From NCBI GenBank assembly GCA_964106645.2, contig OZ067040.1: 64,000 nt of DNA. The stretch is one strand, 5' to 3'. A model generated the notes under the pieces. That model was not told the DNA's origin and did not search any database. It saw only the letters and a program-made list of their open reading frames with translations. Source of the stretch: Podarcis pityusensis. Lineage: Eukaryota. The translations under genes and the position numbers were made by a program. Of this stretch, positions 13,001-28,000 are shown in pieces (within the stretch, counting starts at the first letter, position 1; each line of letters opens with the position of its first letter).

Positions 13001-16000
13001 TCTGTCTGGTTTGTACTGCTGCATTTATGGAGCTGAATGTTTCAGCATGCAAGTCATTTCCTTTACATAGACAACTGAGCTAGATGTTTGGCAAAATACC
13101 AAGCTACAGCTCTTCTCACATGTCTGAGAGAAGTTTTGTATGGAAGAGAATTCAGTCATGTGTGCTCTCACATCTTTACCACCTAACTTGAGTAGGTAGA
13201 TCTAGTAAGTGCTAGATCAGCACCTAATGTGTCACTTGTTGCAGCCATATGGATCTTTGAAGCCTCTCTGCTTAAGCGCTTTTTAAGAAAGGCTTGAGAG
13301 TCCTGTCAAGCCTAGAATTGTGGCTGATTTAAATACAGTGATGCAGATCTTTTGAAAATTGTTATTCTACCCTAAATCAATGTTGATTTCTCTAATCTAT
13401 GGCACTTTACATAGAACAATTTGACAGATCTGTAGCTGAAGAGCTCGTAACCTTGCACGTGTGTTTTGATTTACTTTTAGTAAAAACAATGACAAAGTAT
13501 TTCAGGCTAACTTTGTGCTGGATGAATATCTTAAAAGATTTCCAGTAGGCCAGTGGTTCCCAGTTGGTGGTCCACAGACCCCAGGAGGTCCATGTAACCC
13601 ACCCAGGGAGTCCATGGAACCATTCACATAACAAAAACTACCATGGAGATATCAACATTTTCAAAAGTAGGGGTTCTATGGCTTGATTTTTCAAAAACAA
13701 TACTTAGCTAATTGGGAACCATTGCAATAGCAAAAAGTATTTGAGGGAGGGGGCATTCAGTAAAGTGGACAGAGACTTGATTGGCACGTAACACTATGCC
13801 AAACCTTAGCGAAGTCAGAGCACATGGGCACCCACAGGAAAAGAGTTGTGGCTGATTACTCCTTCCCTAGTCTTTCTGCTGTCATGCTATCTGGAGCTCA
13901 GCGTTTGGCTTAGCATTTTGTGTGAACCTGGGTTCTTGGTTCTTGTAGTTTGGCAGCGGGAAAACTGAAAAGAAGCAGCCACTGTTTTTACTGTGAGTAT
14001 CTACATGCTCATGTGTTGTCACATAGCCATGTTTTGGCGTAGCATTATGTGTGAACTTGGCCTTACTTGGTTCAAATCTTAGTTTCAAACACAATGGAAT
14101 CTTCCCTGAAAATTTCTTTATGTATTTCCTAGAGATAGTACCTGAAAGAAAGCTAATTACAAGTTAGATTGTAGATTTGACTACTATTCCAATTGCACAA
14201 GTCATCCTGTTAATATATAAATATTAATAATAAATATTACTATTTAATTTTAAGAAACACTGCATTTCTAAACTCAGAGAAAAAAATCACTCAGTCACTG
14301 TTTTAAAATAGGTCTCTGGAAATCTCTAAACTGGCACTGTACATCAAAATATAATCATATCAGAGTGCTTTGCGAATTGATCTATTTCCTGAGAATGCTG
14401 AGAGTGCTCTTAGTTTCTAGCTTCTGTGTTGTCATTCCATTTCTATTACTGTTCATAGCTGCTTCTTTTTAAACACTGAGTAACCATTCTTGTGAAATTG
14501 TTACAGTTTGTTTTCAGAATATAAATATTTTTATGGACCCTGAAGTTTTACTAGTTAAGTTGATAACTAATCTTTCACAGATATTTTCCATCAGTACAAG
14601 TGCCATGGAACCCTGGACTTGCATGTATATATAATTTCATTTAATAGGCATTTTCTGTAATACTTCATGGAAGTTTATCCGTCTGGCATTACCAAATTAT
14701 GAAGCAGTTTTCCACTAACAAGTATTGATTAGTCTTAAATTCTGTCACCCGTTGTGATTTGTTGTTCATAAATGTGATTAGAAATGTGCTTTGTTACATT
14801 TTTTAGTTTTGGGAATACTCAGACAATTTTGTACTTTTTTAAAAATAAAGGTTTCTCTTTTAAAGACTTCTAATTCTCTGACACTGAGTTTACACACTGA
14901 GAATCAATATCACGGACAGCACCTAATGAGTCCCATCAGCAGGAGCTATTATTAACAATAATAGTTTGAGTTGTACCTACTACAATAACTGTTAAATTGG
15001 TAAAACCATTATTTTCTAAGTACCTCAGTCCTTTCTAACTGGACATTCTTAGTCTGTAATATTATGTGCTTCTACATAGCATGGGCTTTTTCATTGACAT
15101 TGGTGCCTGCTTCTTTGTGTCGATATTTGTGTATTTTGTGTGCCCCCATTCCTGTTCTTAATTTGTAAAAAATAGATATTGTTTATATTTTCAGGTCATC
15201 CAAGTCTCATCCAGGACCTGTTGTCCATATTAGTGACAATCCAATGGATGAAGGCAAGGTATGTTAAAGCTTGGAAATGAAAAAAACAAATTGTTTAAGA
15301 GTTGAATTGTTTCTTAACATTAACTTATTTCACTTAGCATCTCTGTTTTGGATGCTAATAGTTTGTAAAACAATGTGAGGTGTCAGGTGCATTAGTGGCT
15401 ATGTCCGACTTCACACTGTAATATTTTGTTGGGAAAGACTTTGATCTCCCTAGGTTGAGTGAGGTACAGAAAGTGTTGTTGTGTTGCTCCGAGTGAGAGA
15501 TAGCTTTTTTGTTTCTCCTCTTCTTTTTCTTATTTGCTTATTCATTGGACTTCCTAATGTTGAAGTGCTCTTATTCAACAGATCTATCTTTTTGTGCATG
15601 CCTATTGGTTGTTGCTTGTTTTATTGAAGGGAGAACTAAGTGGATGGTGTGGTGCAAGGAGAGTGTGAATGCTTCCCGATTGGGGGTGACAGCATGGCTC
15701 CTGAATTCTTGTTTTTTATCATGTGTTAGGGTTTTTCTTTGTAATAGTTATGAGATTTTCTTGATATATGCTGCAGTTAGGTTTTGTTTTGATGTTGTGT
15801 TTTGATGTATTTTGGTGCTTTGTATAGGCTTCAATTATATGGTATATATTTTATTTATGTGCTTAGTTACATGGTTCTGAAATCAATTGTTACTTAAAAT
15901 ATGGAATTTACTTTTATTACTATTAGCAACAGTTTTGAATATGAAATTACTGCATTTTTAGTTTTTATTTTTGTTGACATACATAAACTGCTTAGAGATT

Positions 16001-19000
16001 TATGTTGAAATATGCATGTTAAGTACATACATTTATTAATAATAGGAATAGAATTTGGAAGTTCTGGTGAGAACCATGTTTAGGTGTAAATATCTGTGTC
16101 AAGATGCCCTTATCAATAACTATTTGGATGAAGTGTTTTATATTCCTTTGCAAAAGTGGCCACACAAACACACACCTGGGAAAATGTGTAGACTGCATTG
16201 GGAGCCACACAGGTCACTGCTGTGGGCTAATTGAAGCCAAAAAAAATTTCCAGTGGCGAATGGGTTAAAAAATTATCCCCTTCATTACTTTTATACTATA
16301 AAGCCCTCTTCCCCCACTGAAGGACATGATAGGGCTTAGAAACCCATTCTTACTGAAAAGATAAGGTCCTTATTGTGAATTAACATTAAAAAAGGTTTAT
16401 GTCCATCTTTTCATTCATGTATAATTTTGTGCTCTTCTAAGAACAACAACTGAAGTGCCTTGTCATATGTCCTAGAGACTGATCCCCCAGAAAAACGGTA
16501 GTTAGTGGCAATGAAATCATCTCCAGCATCTGGACTATTATGCAAGCATCGCTATTGGATGTTCATAAGTAGCGGCTTATGACACAATGCTGTTTCAAAA
16601 TTATATGTATAAAGCATACATAGACATCTTGCCAATGTAAACTCATACTTATGACATTTTAGTGACATTTTTAGGCGGTATACATAATTAGTATACAAGA
16701 AAGAGATCTAATTTTCCACATTTACTGGATTAAATGGAATTTAGTACTTCAGAATGCTTTTTTTTAGTAGGATTATGATATAAATCTTAAATGTTAGAAA
16801 ATCCTCTCGATATTCTGATACTAGGATTAAAAGGGGATCTTAAAGATATTTCTGTGCAAATGTGGGCGGGGGCCTTACATAATAACAGTTTTGACACGGG
16901 TGCATACCAGATTGGTGAAGATTATTTCCAAGCAGCAGGAGGCATTTTATGAAGTGTACGGTAAAGTTACGACAGATTTTCCTCTTTAATACCTTTGCTG
17001 TGAAAAAACATGACTTTTTAAAAATATATTGGTTCTTTTAGAGTGACTTTTTAGGACTCCAGGTTTCCAGTTTTGAAATTTTTACATAGTGGATTTTTAG
17101 AATGGCTTAAAACTATTTTTCTCCCTAAATTATTCAGTCAAACATACATTCTGTGTTTGTATAGGGTATAGATGGAGGATTATCTGTGTCTTCAGTTACA
17201 CTTCTCATGCAGATGAACATACTATCATGTATTGCTTCTCTCCGTAATAGTAGAAGATGATAGTTGGAAACGTTTATTTTTTAGAGTACCACACCAGTCA
17301 ACCAACTAGTTTGATCCTGATGCTGCCTTCTACTCTTATTTCTTGACCCTTGCCTAATAGCCGACTGTTGTACAGGGGAATCCCTGCTTACGCGAGGCTT
17401 CCGTTCGTGGCCACTGCACACATCAGTAGGACGTGCGCAAGTCCTTCCCGTTCTGCTCCCACCCCCATTCCACCCCCTTTTGGCACCAAAAATGATGTGT
17501 GTGTCATACATGTGGTGGTTATGCACAAGTGGGGAGCTGCCTGTATTTCAATTCAAGAGCTGATTACTTTTGGTGGTCTGGTTTTATATTTCATCTGTGA
17601 AAGACTGTAAAAACTTCTAGTTCAATACCATGTGCAATCTCCATGCTAAAAACTGATATTCAAGTCGTTGTAATATGGTCCACCTTAAATGTACCCAAAC
17701 TACAAAAACAGAATTATTATTTTTGAGTTCGCAATAAAGGAGCATTGTACAAAATTAAAACAAACCACTTCAGGCACAGGTGAGATATTTTATTTCAGTT
17801 TTTCTGTGTCTTAAAAGGGCAAAATGCATATTAGAACTGTGTCTTAAAAACACAAAACAACCACTTTTCCTGTTACATAGTTTTCATCATGCAGTGTGGG
17901 TTTTTTTAGATGGAGTTGCATTTGAATATTCCTGTATTTGTACAGTCTAGAGTGTATCTTTCTGCATATCTGAATTGGTTCTTATTTATTTACATTAGGG
18001 TCAGTCTTTTCCTTTGACCCTTTTGGTAGTGAGTCATTTAGAATATTCTACATTTTAAGTCCAGTTGCAATGTGATAAGTGGCAGGTGACCCTGCATACT
18101 TGAAGAAGAGGAGGAGACAAACCTTATTGGGGAATTTAGTAATAGTAGTAGCAGAAGAAAAACATCTACTTCTGCTTCATTGACTACGCAAAAGCATTTG
18201 ACTGTGTCGACCACAGCAAACTATGGCAAATTCTTAAAGAAATGGGAGTGCCTGATCACCTCATCTGTCTCCTGAGAAATCTCTATGTGGGACAAGAAGC
18301 TACAGTTAGTACTGGATATGGAACAACTGACTGGTTCAAAATTGGGAAAGGAGTATGACAAGGCTGTATATTGTCTCCCTGCTTATTTAACTTATATGCG
18401 GAATTCATCATGCGAAAGGCTGGGCTGGATGAATCCCAAACTGGAATTAAGATTGCCGGAAGAAATATCAACAACCTCCGATATGCAGATGACACAACCT
18501 TGATGGCAGAAAGTGAGGAGGAATTAAAGAACCTTTTAATGAGGGTGAAAGAGGAGAGTGCAAAATATGGTCTGAAGCTCAACATCAAAAAAACGAAGAT
18601 CATGGCCACTGGTCCCATCACCTCCTGGCAAATAGAAGGGGAAGAAATGGAGGCAGTGAGAGATTTTACTTTCTTGGGCTCCATGATCACTGCAGATGGT
18701 GACAGCAGTCATGAAATTAAAAGACGCCTGCTTCTTGGGAGAAAAGCAATGACGAGCCTAGACAGCATCTTAAAAAGCAGAGACATCACCTTGCTGACAA
18801 AGGTCCGTATAGTTAAAGCCATGGTTTTCCCAGTAGTGATGTATGGAAGTGAGAGCTGGACCATAAAGAAGGCTGATTGCCGAAGAATTGATGCTTTAGA
18901 ATTATGGTGTTGGAGGAGACTCTTGAGAGTCCCATGGACTGCAAGAAGATCAAACGTATCCATTCTGAAGGAAATCAGCCCTGAGTGCTCACTGGAAGGA

Positions 19001-22000
19001 CAGATCGTGAAGCTGAGGCTCCAATACTTTGGCCACCTCATGAGAAGAGAAGACTCCCTGGAAAAGACCCTGATGTTGGAAAAGATTGAGGGCACAAGGA
19101 GAAGGGGACGACAGAGGACGAGATGGTTGGACAGTGTTCTCGAAGCTACCAACATGAGTTTGACCAAACTGCGGGAGGCAGTGGAAGACAGGAGTGCCTG
19201 GCGTGTTCTGGTCCATGGGGTCACAAAGAGTCGGACACGACTAAACGACTAAACAACAAGAAGTAGCAGCAGCAGCAGCAGTAGTATTTATACCTCACAT
19301 TTTTCCCTGATAGGATTCAAGGTGCCTTACAGATTATAATAAGAATTGATAAAAACATAGAAAAAGAATAATTTAAAAAACCAATTAAACATTAATAGAA
19401 TTAGGACTATATACATATATAAAATCTGTTTAAGGCATACAAATAATTGCAGTAAAAGCATTGCAGAAAATCAAATAAGGACTCAGGTAATTTATTTTTC
19501 CTAATCAACCTTGTATCACGTTTTAAGATTAGTGTTTCTTCAGGGTAATAATCAGACTATGCATCCAAAATAATTCAGTTCACTACACTGCATCTGCTTC
19601 ATATAAATGGTTTGCCACAAGCTGGGAGTTTCAGTCTGTGGTGATCTTTATTTCCTAGATTTAATACCTCTGTGTGTTCATCCATGGGTGGATTCATTTA
19701 ATTCGATTGAGACTGAAGCAACCATGAGACTATTTGTCTGTCTTTTTCTGACAATTCAAGTGTACTTTAAACAGTCTTTGAAATTGCATATCATAGTATC
19801 TGTATATTTCTTTTATGTCGGAATAGTCTGTCAGTAGGCATGTCCTAAACACTGGGTTTAGTATTTAAAATATATTTCATCTTTTGGTGTCTCTGATAGT
19901 ATTGTTACAGTTTTAGGATATTGTTACCTTTTAGTATTATGCTTCTATAATTGTCCTTAACATTTGCATTTTAATCCAGAAATTTTTAGAATTGAATCAC
20001 ATGTATTCAGGTACTAGAAATAACTCATTTTCATTCCCAGAAAATTAATATTTTCTTTGGTTATTTATTACAGCTATTGATTGGTTTTGAATCAGGAACA
20101 GTAGCATTATGGGACCTCAAATGCAAGAAGGCAGATTACAGATACACACATGACGAGGTAACCAAAGTTATTAATCTGGCAGGTTTTTGTACTCATGATA
20201 TTAGAATTAAAGCAGTTTTGTAGTTTAACATTAGAAACATAGTTATTTGCTTGTGTTTGTCTGGAACGATCTCCCCCAACCTGTTGCATTTAACATGTTT
20301 TAGCTGTGCTGACTGGGATTGACAGGCGTTTTCATCCATAACATCTGGAGGGCACTACAATTCTTTGATTCTATTCTATATGTATACGAGTTACACAGAT
20401 TCATACATTAACACGTTGAAGCATTGCTGAAAAAAACTTCATAAGATAGCAACAGATTTGGGAATAAAGTTTCTGAGGTTGCTAAACTTGCATGTGCTAT
20501 ATGGACTTCAGTGTAGTGTGTGTATTTAATAGTTCTTAACTACAGCATCTGAATGTTAATGTTGAAGACATGGGGGAATGGAGGTGGAGAGATTAGGAGA
20601 GAAATGCAGGAAAATGTCAGAGGTTTGGATAGACCAACCTCCCCCCTCCCGCAAGAAAGTGGCTACAGTAAAGATTGCACATGTATGCTTCTCTCATGCT
20701 GCTGTATGGTGTCGTGTTCATCAGACAGCAATACACAGGCTTCAGTCTAAGCAGTTTTTTTGCCCTGCAAAAAGGGATGGATAGGGAGATTGGCTTCTAA
20801 AGTGACTATGGAAGAGGGTTATATATTTTTCTTAGCCCAGCTATCTCTATACTTTGGTGACAGAGAGAGGCTATATTTCTGTACAGTTGAAGCAATCAAG
20901 GGTGTAGTAAGGGTGCAATTACACTCAGGTGAGGCATTCTCTGATGTCTCTCTATCCTCCAATGACATGGAGGGATGTCAGGGTAAACAAGTAGCAATCC
21001 TTACTTATCTGCTTCTCACTCCCCATTCCCCACCCCAGTTCATTACAGGTTCCCAGTTTGGTTTTTCTAGAATCTCAGAAAGCATCTGTGTCTAAAGTGT
21101 GGAGTGGACGAGAAACATGGTTTCCTCCTATAATTAAATGTGTATGAACGTCAGAAAATGAAGAAAGCTTTAGCAAACCATTATGTGTTTAGGTTCAGCA
21201 GTGACTAGTTTGGGCCAGCAACTGTACATTTGCATTTTAAATGAAGTGACATTTTTAGATCTGGTGGAAAAGGAACTGATTATCTTAAACACCATAATTG
21301 ACTCATCTATTCTGCTCTCTGGATTAATGAAGTAGGGAATTTGAAAAATGCTTTTCTGTTAATTGTTGGCTATGTGCTTCTAGGCATGGTTTTGGGGAGC
21401 AATTGGCAGAAGGAGAATGGGGATTAAACATGGCCATAATTTTACTGATCACAACATATTGGAGTTTGGCGCAGCAACAGGCAAGAATCTGTATCGGGAA
21501 AATGGCCTCCTGGCATACACATCTCCCAGCCCACCTACTGGGCAACCATAGCTGCTACTGTGAGTCCTGCAATCCCCCTGGGTGTGTGGCAGCCATTCAC
21601 CCATCCTACCCCTCTGAGCCTAGAGTCATAGTCTTTAAAGTGCCATCTTCAAGACCCCATTGGGGTCCCCTCATAAGCTTTAGATCCTGTCCAGTGCACT
21701 GCCCCACTCAAAAAAACCTGATATGGCTGAAACATAAATACAACTGCTTCCTTGCTTTGAGGTAGGCAAAAACCTTTCAGCCAAGTTAGGCCAATTAAGA
21801 CAGTATAATATCTTTCCAACAAATGTCCACAGCAAAATCACACCTAGCAAAAGGAGTGTGGGTTGGAAAACTGACAATTCCAATACAAGTGCTATAAAAG
21901 GCAAAGGGACCCCTGACCGTTAGGTCCAGTTGCGAACGACTCTGGGGTTGCAGCACTCATCTCGCTTTACTGGCTGAGGGAGCCGGCGTACAGCTTCCGG

Positions 22001-25000
22001 GTCATGTGGCCAGCATGACTAAGCCGCTTCTGGCGAACCAGAGCAGCTCATGGAAACGCCGTTTACCTTCCCCCCGGAGCGGTACCTATTTATCTACTTG
22101 CACTTTGACGTGCTTTCGAACTGCTAGGTTGGCAGGAGCAGGGACCAAGCAACGCGAGCTCACCCCGTCGCGAAGATTCAAACCGCTGACCTTTTGATCG
22201 GCAACCCCTAGGCTCTGGTTTAACTCACAGAGCCACCCACGTCTGAAGACATCTTCAATTTTGACTGATTCTAGTTCTCTCCAGGTATACTTCAGAATTC
22301 TAGCACCCTAATCCATGCAAACAGTGGTTCAGACCACAGCACCACCCACGTCCCTATAGCCTGGGCTTTATTTATACCATAGGAATGGACCAGCAGGAAT
22401 AAATTCTCACGTTGATCCATTTCACAAGCCTCCCCCCTGAGGTCAGGCAGGCTGTTGATTGGCCTCCAGAGTCAGGCCAGGTAGAATGCAGTGTGGCCAA
22501 CCCACCCAACCAGGGAGGGAGACCTCCCCGCAGCTTTTCTCCATGTCAGTGGCACAATGCTGCCTCACCACAAAATGGTGGAGAGATGGGGATTCTGTTT
22601 GTTTGTTTTTTTGTAGTACTTAGGTTATGTAATTGTATCGTATTCTTATTACCAACTGCCCTAGGATATATTCCTATAAAGGAATACCATAAATAAATAC
22701 CTCTCAACAAGTTCTCTTCCGGTTCATGTGCATAAACTTTCAGTATTCTGATTACACTGCTGACTTGCAGCTATCATCATAATCCTCTCATTTTTAGTCA
22801 GTTTACCTCATAGCTTGGGACACTGAGAACTACTTCACACAGTACTGCATATACCCTGTTTGGTACTTACTGCTGTAAATGCATAAAGGGAAAACATGTA
22901 CAAGACTGAACTTTTGTATTGCAGTTGAACCATTTCTTTTTTCATTGGGAAGATGAATATATATTGTGATGCTGAATAATGTGTGCAATAAGTATTTTTC
23001 AATATTCTAGGAGTCCTCAATTCAGCTGTTGTGTTTATAGTATCCTAAGATTAAAGTAATTATAGTTTAAAAGTCTGCAGTCTATGCAGGAAGTTTGGAT
23101 ATGAAGAGGGGAAATAGGAGCACAGTAAAATGACAAATTGAGGCCCTATGATTACTTTTTTCTAATGGTTAAATAAGAAATCTATATAAATAACATGTGA
23201 GCTAAAAGGGGAGATGTTTTTGGTTTTTTGCTGTGTATTTAAATTTAGCCAAAGACAGGAATTAGACTCATCCTTGATGTAGCCTATGAGGAACAAAGCC
23301 ATGGGTCATATTCTCCATTTCCATTCACTGTTTCTTTTGTAACCACAAAGAGAAGCTTTTGATTTTCAAGTAACCACAGTTCCCCTTGATGTCCAAACAT
23401 GGAAAAACTTGTTTGTTTTCATGACTAGAGAAAACAAATTGGTTTAGACCCATGATTTCACATCCTGACTTGTTTTCAAACCATAGTTTAAACAAACCCC
23501 CCATTTTCTAAGTTTTGATATTGTGAGAAATTTCAACTAAAATAGAAAGCAGGAGCTTTGAATCTCCTTGCAGGCACAAAAGAGGTAAAGTGAGGAGGTT
23601 CACCCTAATTTTTTTATAGCTGGAAACTTTAAATTCTAACTTGTCCTGTCTTCTTAATCATCAGATAATTAAACTTTGTCTTTCTAAAATATAACTTTTT
23701 GGTTGCAGAATATTGGGCTTCTGATTACATATTGTCATGCATGCCAGCTATGGAAGCTAGAGTTGCTGTAACAATGCAGTTACTTCTTTTTTTGACAGAG
23801 TCAAGAATTTCTTATGCTGTATTTACTCTACAAAAAATGTGACACATAACTATTTTACTACTTCATTTCACATTTCTTGTTCTATGTAATGTCACAATTC
23901 TGTGTGGGATTTCAGATGCAATTGGAAACTGCCTTAGTAATGAGTAATTTTAAACTTGCAAATGAACAGTAGAAGCAGCCTATTTGAAGGGTAACGTTCC
24001 TATTTCTGTTTGGATGCATGGTTTCTGGTAACATTATTTGCACTTAAAGTAAAAATAAGACAGCTATTGAATCATTGGCTGCTATGGATTCTCACTTCAT
24101 GAACATTGGCTAAGGGCAGTTTCAATATTCTTCCAACATGCAGATTGCAAAAAAAAAAGAAAAAAGCCATACAGTATCTAAGAAAGTGCTCATGTGAAGG
24201 TGGTAGTAACATTTGTAAATTTTCCTTATTGTATAGCTGAGTGTTGCTGTGGACACTTGTGCCAACATAACCCTTGCGATGACCAAACTGTTGTGAATAT
24301 ATTTGGCTTGGATCCATAATGCCCCCTTCCAATCTGGGATATTTTATTCTGTATTATGGTATTAAAATGTTCCTGTCTTAGAAGGGGAGAGGAGTAGATG
24401 AAGGAGCCCCAATTTGTGCAGCTAGGAGGAATAACACCATTTTAGAAAACTGATCATTTTCTACCTGAAGTGCTTTATTATATTCAGAGCGGCATCACTA
24501 CCAATTTATCACACAAGAGCAACGCTCCAGCAGCAATAAGAGCTCTAATCTGGAAGCAGTTTATGAATATTTGTGGTGCTATTTCTAATCTGCTTGTTAT
24601 CCCCACAGTAAATTTTGGCAAGTTGGACTTACGAGTTATGCTGATAGGTAGGGACAAACCTTAGCAAATACCGCATGTTTATCCTTTGGATGAAGATGCT
24701 CTCAGGTGGGGTATGAGCTCCCTCTAGCACTTGAAGGCAGGATTGCCGCTGATTTGGAGAGTTTTGCCCCCACCTGACCAGCCCCCAGCAGTTTTTTATT
24801 CCTGCCTTTGTGCTGAGATGTTGTATCCCAAACTCTCCATTCAGCTTGGCTCAGACTTGACTGTGTTTGTCTGTGTACCTGTGTTTCTGGAGTTTGTCTT
24901 TGTGCTGTTGGTATTGCTTGTTTTGTTTTTTTTTAACGGGTTGTGTCTGTCATGTTATTTGTGTGAGGCAAAAGCTAGTGTGAGCTATCTCTCATTCTGA

Positions 25001-28000
25001 GTTTGGGGTGTCTTGCGTAGTTTAATGTTTGCATCTTGCAGGGTATTGTGTTGATTGTGGGGAATTTGGTTGTTATTTCCCACTACGTTTTTCCTTCTTC
25101 TCTGGCAACTTGGTTGTTTCTTTTTGACTTTTTCTTTTTGGTCATATTGCTTCCTTTCCCCCTTTTCTTAGATAGGCAGCTTAGTGGTCTGTGGCTGTGT
25201 GAGGAATTTTTAACAGCTGCTCTGTTCTCCTTCCTGCCATTTTTGAAGCCCCACCAGAGCTCTGAACTATCAACCACAGCAGATCTGCGCTTAGTTACCG
25301 TAGATCACCTATCCTGCAAAGCAATGGCCAGCAACTACTGGATTATGGTTCCCCCATTGGTTCCAGACAATTTGCTGCTGCAACTTTGAGGAAATAGTGG
25401 GCCATGGACAAGAAAACACTGCTGAAGGCTAAAACCCTTATGGCAATGTATAACTCTCTACTTAATCTCTGCATTTCTCAGTTGGCATCAACTTCTGGTG
25501 TGCAGGGCTCCAGCTCTGAGTCCATTCTCATTGGGTGAGGCTACTACCCTTCATTGTGTCCCAGGTACTATAACTGCTATGTCTGTCGCTGAGAGAGCCT
25601 CTAAAGCTGCCATGTCAAAGGCAGCCCACCAATGGGAGTCTGGTCTAATTTCCCGCTCTTTTCTTCAGGCTTGGTTACACAAATATCAGTACAGGTAATC
25701 AAAACTGTCAAGTATGCCTAGTGCTTCATCACTACTGCTATTTCCCCCGACATACTATTGGCGTGGCTCCACCTCAGCCTCAGCTGAATACTGAAAAGCT
25801 TCAGCAATCTAAAGAGGCACTGTTGTCAGACTTATCTAAAGACTTACCTGGATCTGTCCAGCAAGCTAAAGACCAATTTCCATCTCTTTGACATCCTGAA
25901 GTCCTGAATCAAATAAAAGGAACTCTCCTTTCTGGTTTATTGCAAAAAAAAAACCCAACAACCCCGCAAAGGACTTCCATCGTTGGGGCATAAAATATTC
26001 CTATTCTTTCAGCTGCTTTGGTTTACTTTCTGGTTGCCAGGGCTGTCATTCCCTGAGGAAGTTCCTCTCAAATGGCCATTGTCTGAGGAGGTTAGAAGTA
26101 AAGTTTCCAGGTTTTCATGCAGTGCCACAGGGCTTAGCAATTTCAAAGTGTAAAGAGCTGTCCAGTTTTAACAATTGAAAGACATTGTGGATCCTGCATT
26201 AGATCTGTGAGAGACTAAATGGGACTAGAGTGTTGTTTCTGAATGGAAATAAATGAAAGAAAGAAATGGTCTCTAATAGACTGTTTTCAGGTCAAACAAT
26301 GCCTACACTTATATTGTAAGGCCATGGCAGTACAGGATCTCAGTGCCCCAGGTGAGAATCCTGCCTCTTCTATATCACAGAAGCACCAGTCTTCCTGATG
26401 CAAAGCCTCATGGAAGAGCTGTTTCTGCTCCCATTCTGTTTCAGAAACTGGTCAGCCCTGAGCGGAATGAAGCTTTATAGTGTAGTCACTTGTATGTAAG
26501 GCTCCTGCCTTAATGGCTGATGTACATTCCCTTTACCCAGAGTTCCTCAGCTGGATAAAAAGGATGCTAATCAGGAATTTGGGGAGATTGCATCAGTTAC
26601 ACAGGAGATATTCATAAGACCCCCAAACAAGAGTTAAGGTATCATATTTCTTGTTTTCCACCCCTAAAATTTCAGGGGCCAAGGAGTGAAGCTACTTGAT
26701 TGTGTAGCATAAACACTGTCGCATCAGGGTAATCTGAACCACCAGAGTGTTCCTGCTGTGTTGAGTGGTTATAAAGTTATTTCCTCCAACCTTTTCACAC
26801 TAGAGATTAAGTGTGCCCATTCCAGACAGGGATATGAACTCTTTGGTTAGAGACAGGGGATAGTCCTCAAGCTGAGGCGTTTTCCCACTCTTTCTCTGAA
26901 GGCACTAGAATATTAGGTTAAATGTTTCTCCTTATAGACCTGAATCTCCCCAACCTCTGAAGAGCCAGCAGGGTGTTGCCAAGGTAACCACAGACAAGTC
27001 TGTTGACTCCTCTGCAGGGCCACTTTCAAATTGGAATATGAATTACTTCATGAGTTTGCAAAGGTTTTCTCTAAGAGATGGAGGCATTTCAAAGAGTTGC
27101 AGCACAGAGCCTCAATTTCGTTTTCTGACCAGCTGCAGTCCTAAATGAATGCATAGAATTATCTTATGTATCCATGAGGAGTTTGAAGGGGTCCCTTGGG
27201 GGTTGGCCATGTTGATACCCTGTTCGGTGAAATTAGAAATGAGTTTGTCTTTTTTTAAGTTTCATCAGGCTTCAGCTGTAGCCATCACTCGCTTTTTGCC
27301 AGGGTTCATTGGCAAACCAGTTCATTGGTTTAAAGAATGCCAGGGATATTCAGCTTCAGTAGAGATTAATTCTCTCTACCAGTTGTAAAACTTAGCAAAT
27401 GTTTACTGAGGATGACAGAAGTTTTTTCTACCTACATCTAGGCACTTGAGTAATAAAAGAGGTACAAACTTTAAATGAAATTGAAATTGAAATAACAATA
27501 ATAAGAATAAGAATACCCCACCCATCTGGCTGGGTTTCCCCAGTCACTCTGGGCATCTCCCTTTATTCCTTTATATGTCAGGTAAGTCTTTTGTACAGTT
27601 TTGAAGAGGAGAAGATCTCTAAGCCTTCTGTTAGTCCTTAGTGTCTATTTAAACTGCAATTTAAGGTTACTATCACTGGCACGGTGCTTGTTTTCATAGC
27701 AATGCAATACTCTGCCTGATTTCAAAGCCTTCAGGGCAGTTGTTATTGAAATTTTCTGGTGTCCTGTAGTAATGCTCTTTCTCCTATGAACACAGGATAT
27801 TGAGCAAGTATCCCTATCCCCACATTCCAGTGGTTCAGATACTTAATCAAAAACATTATTGGGTATTTATTCCATTTTCTTTGTTTACATATGTAAACTT
27901 ATGGAGGCTGAGTTGTGTAGCTATAGTATCGTTTCCAGAGTTGCCCTTTCACCTAGCAAATTAACATTTTACAGAATAGTTTGTGAAATAAGCATAGTAG

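Noticed and set aside
18709-19224. 171-aa and other antisense ORFs over BovB
   Set aside because: Shadow frames of the BovB RT coding strand; no independent gene evidence.
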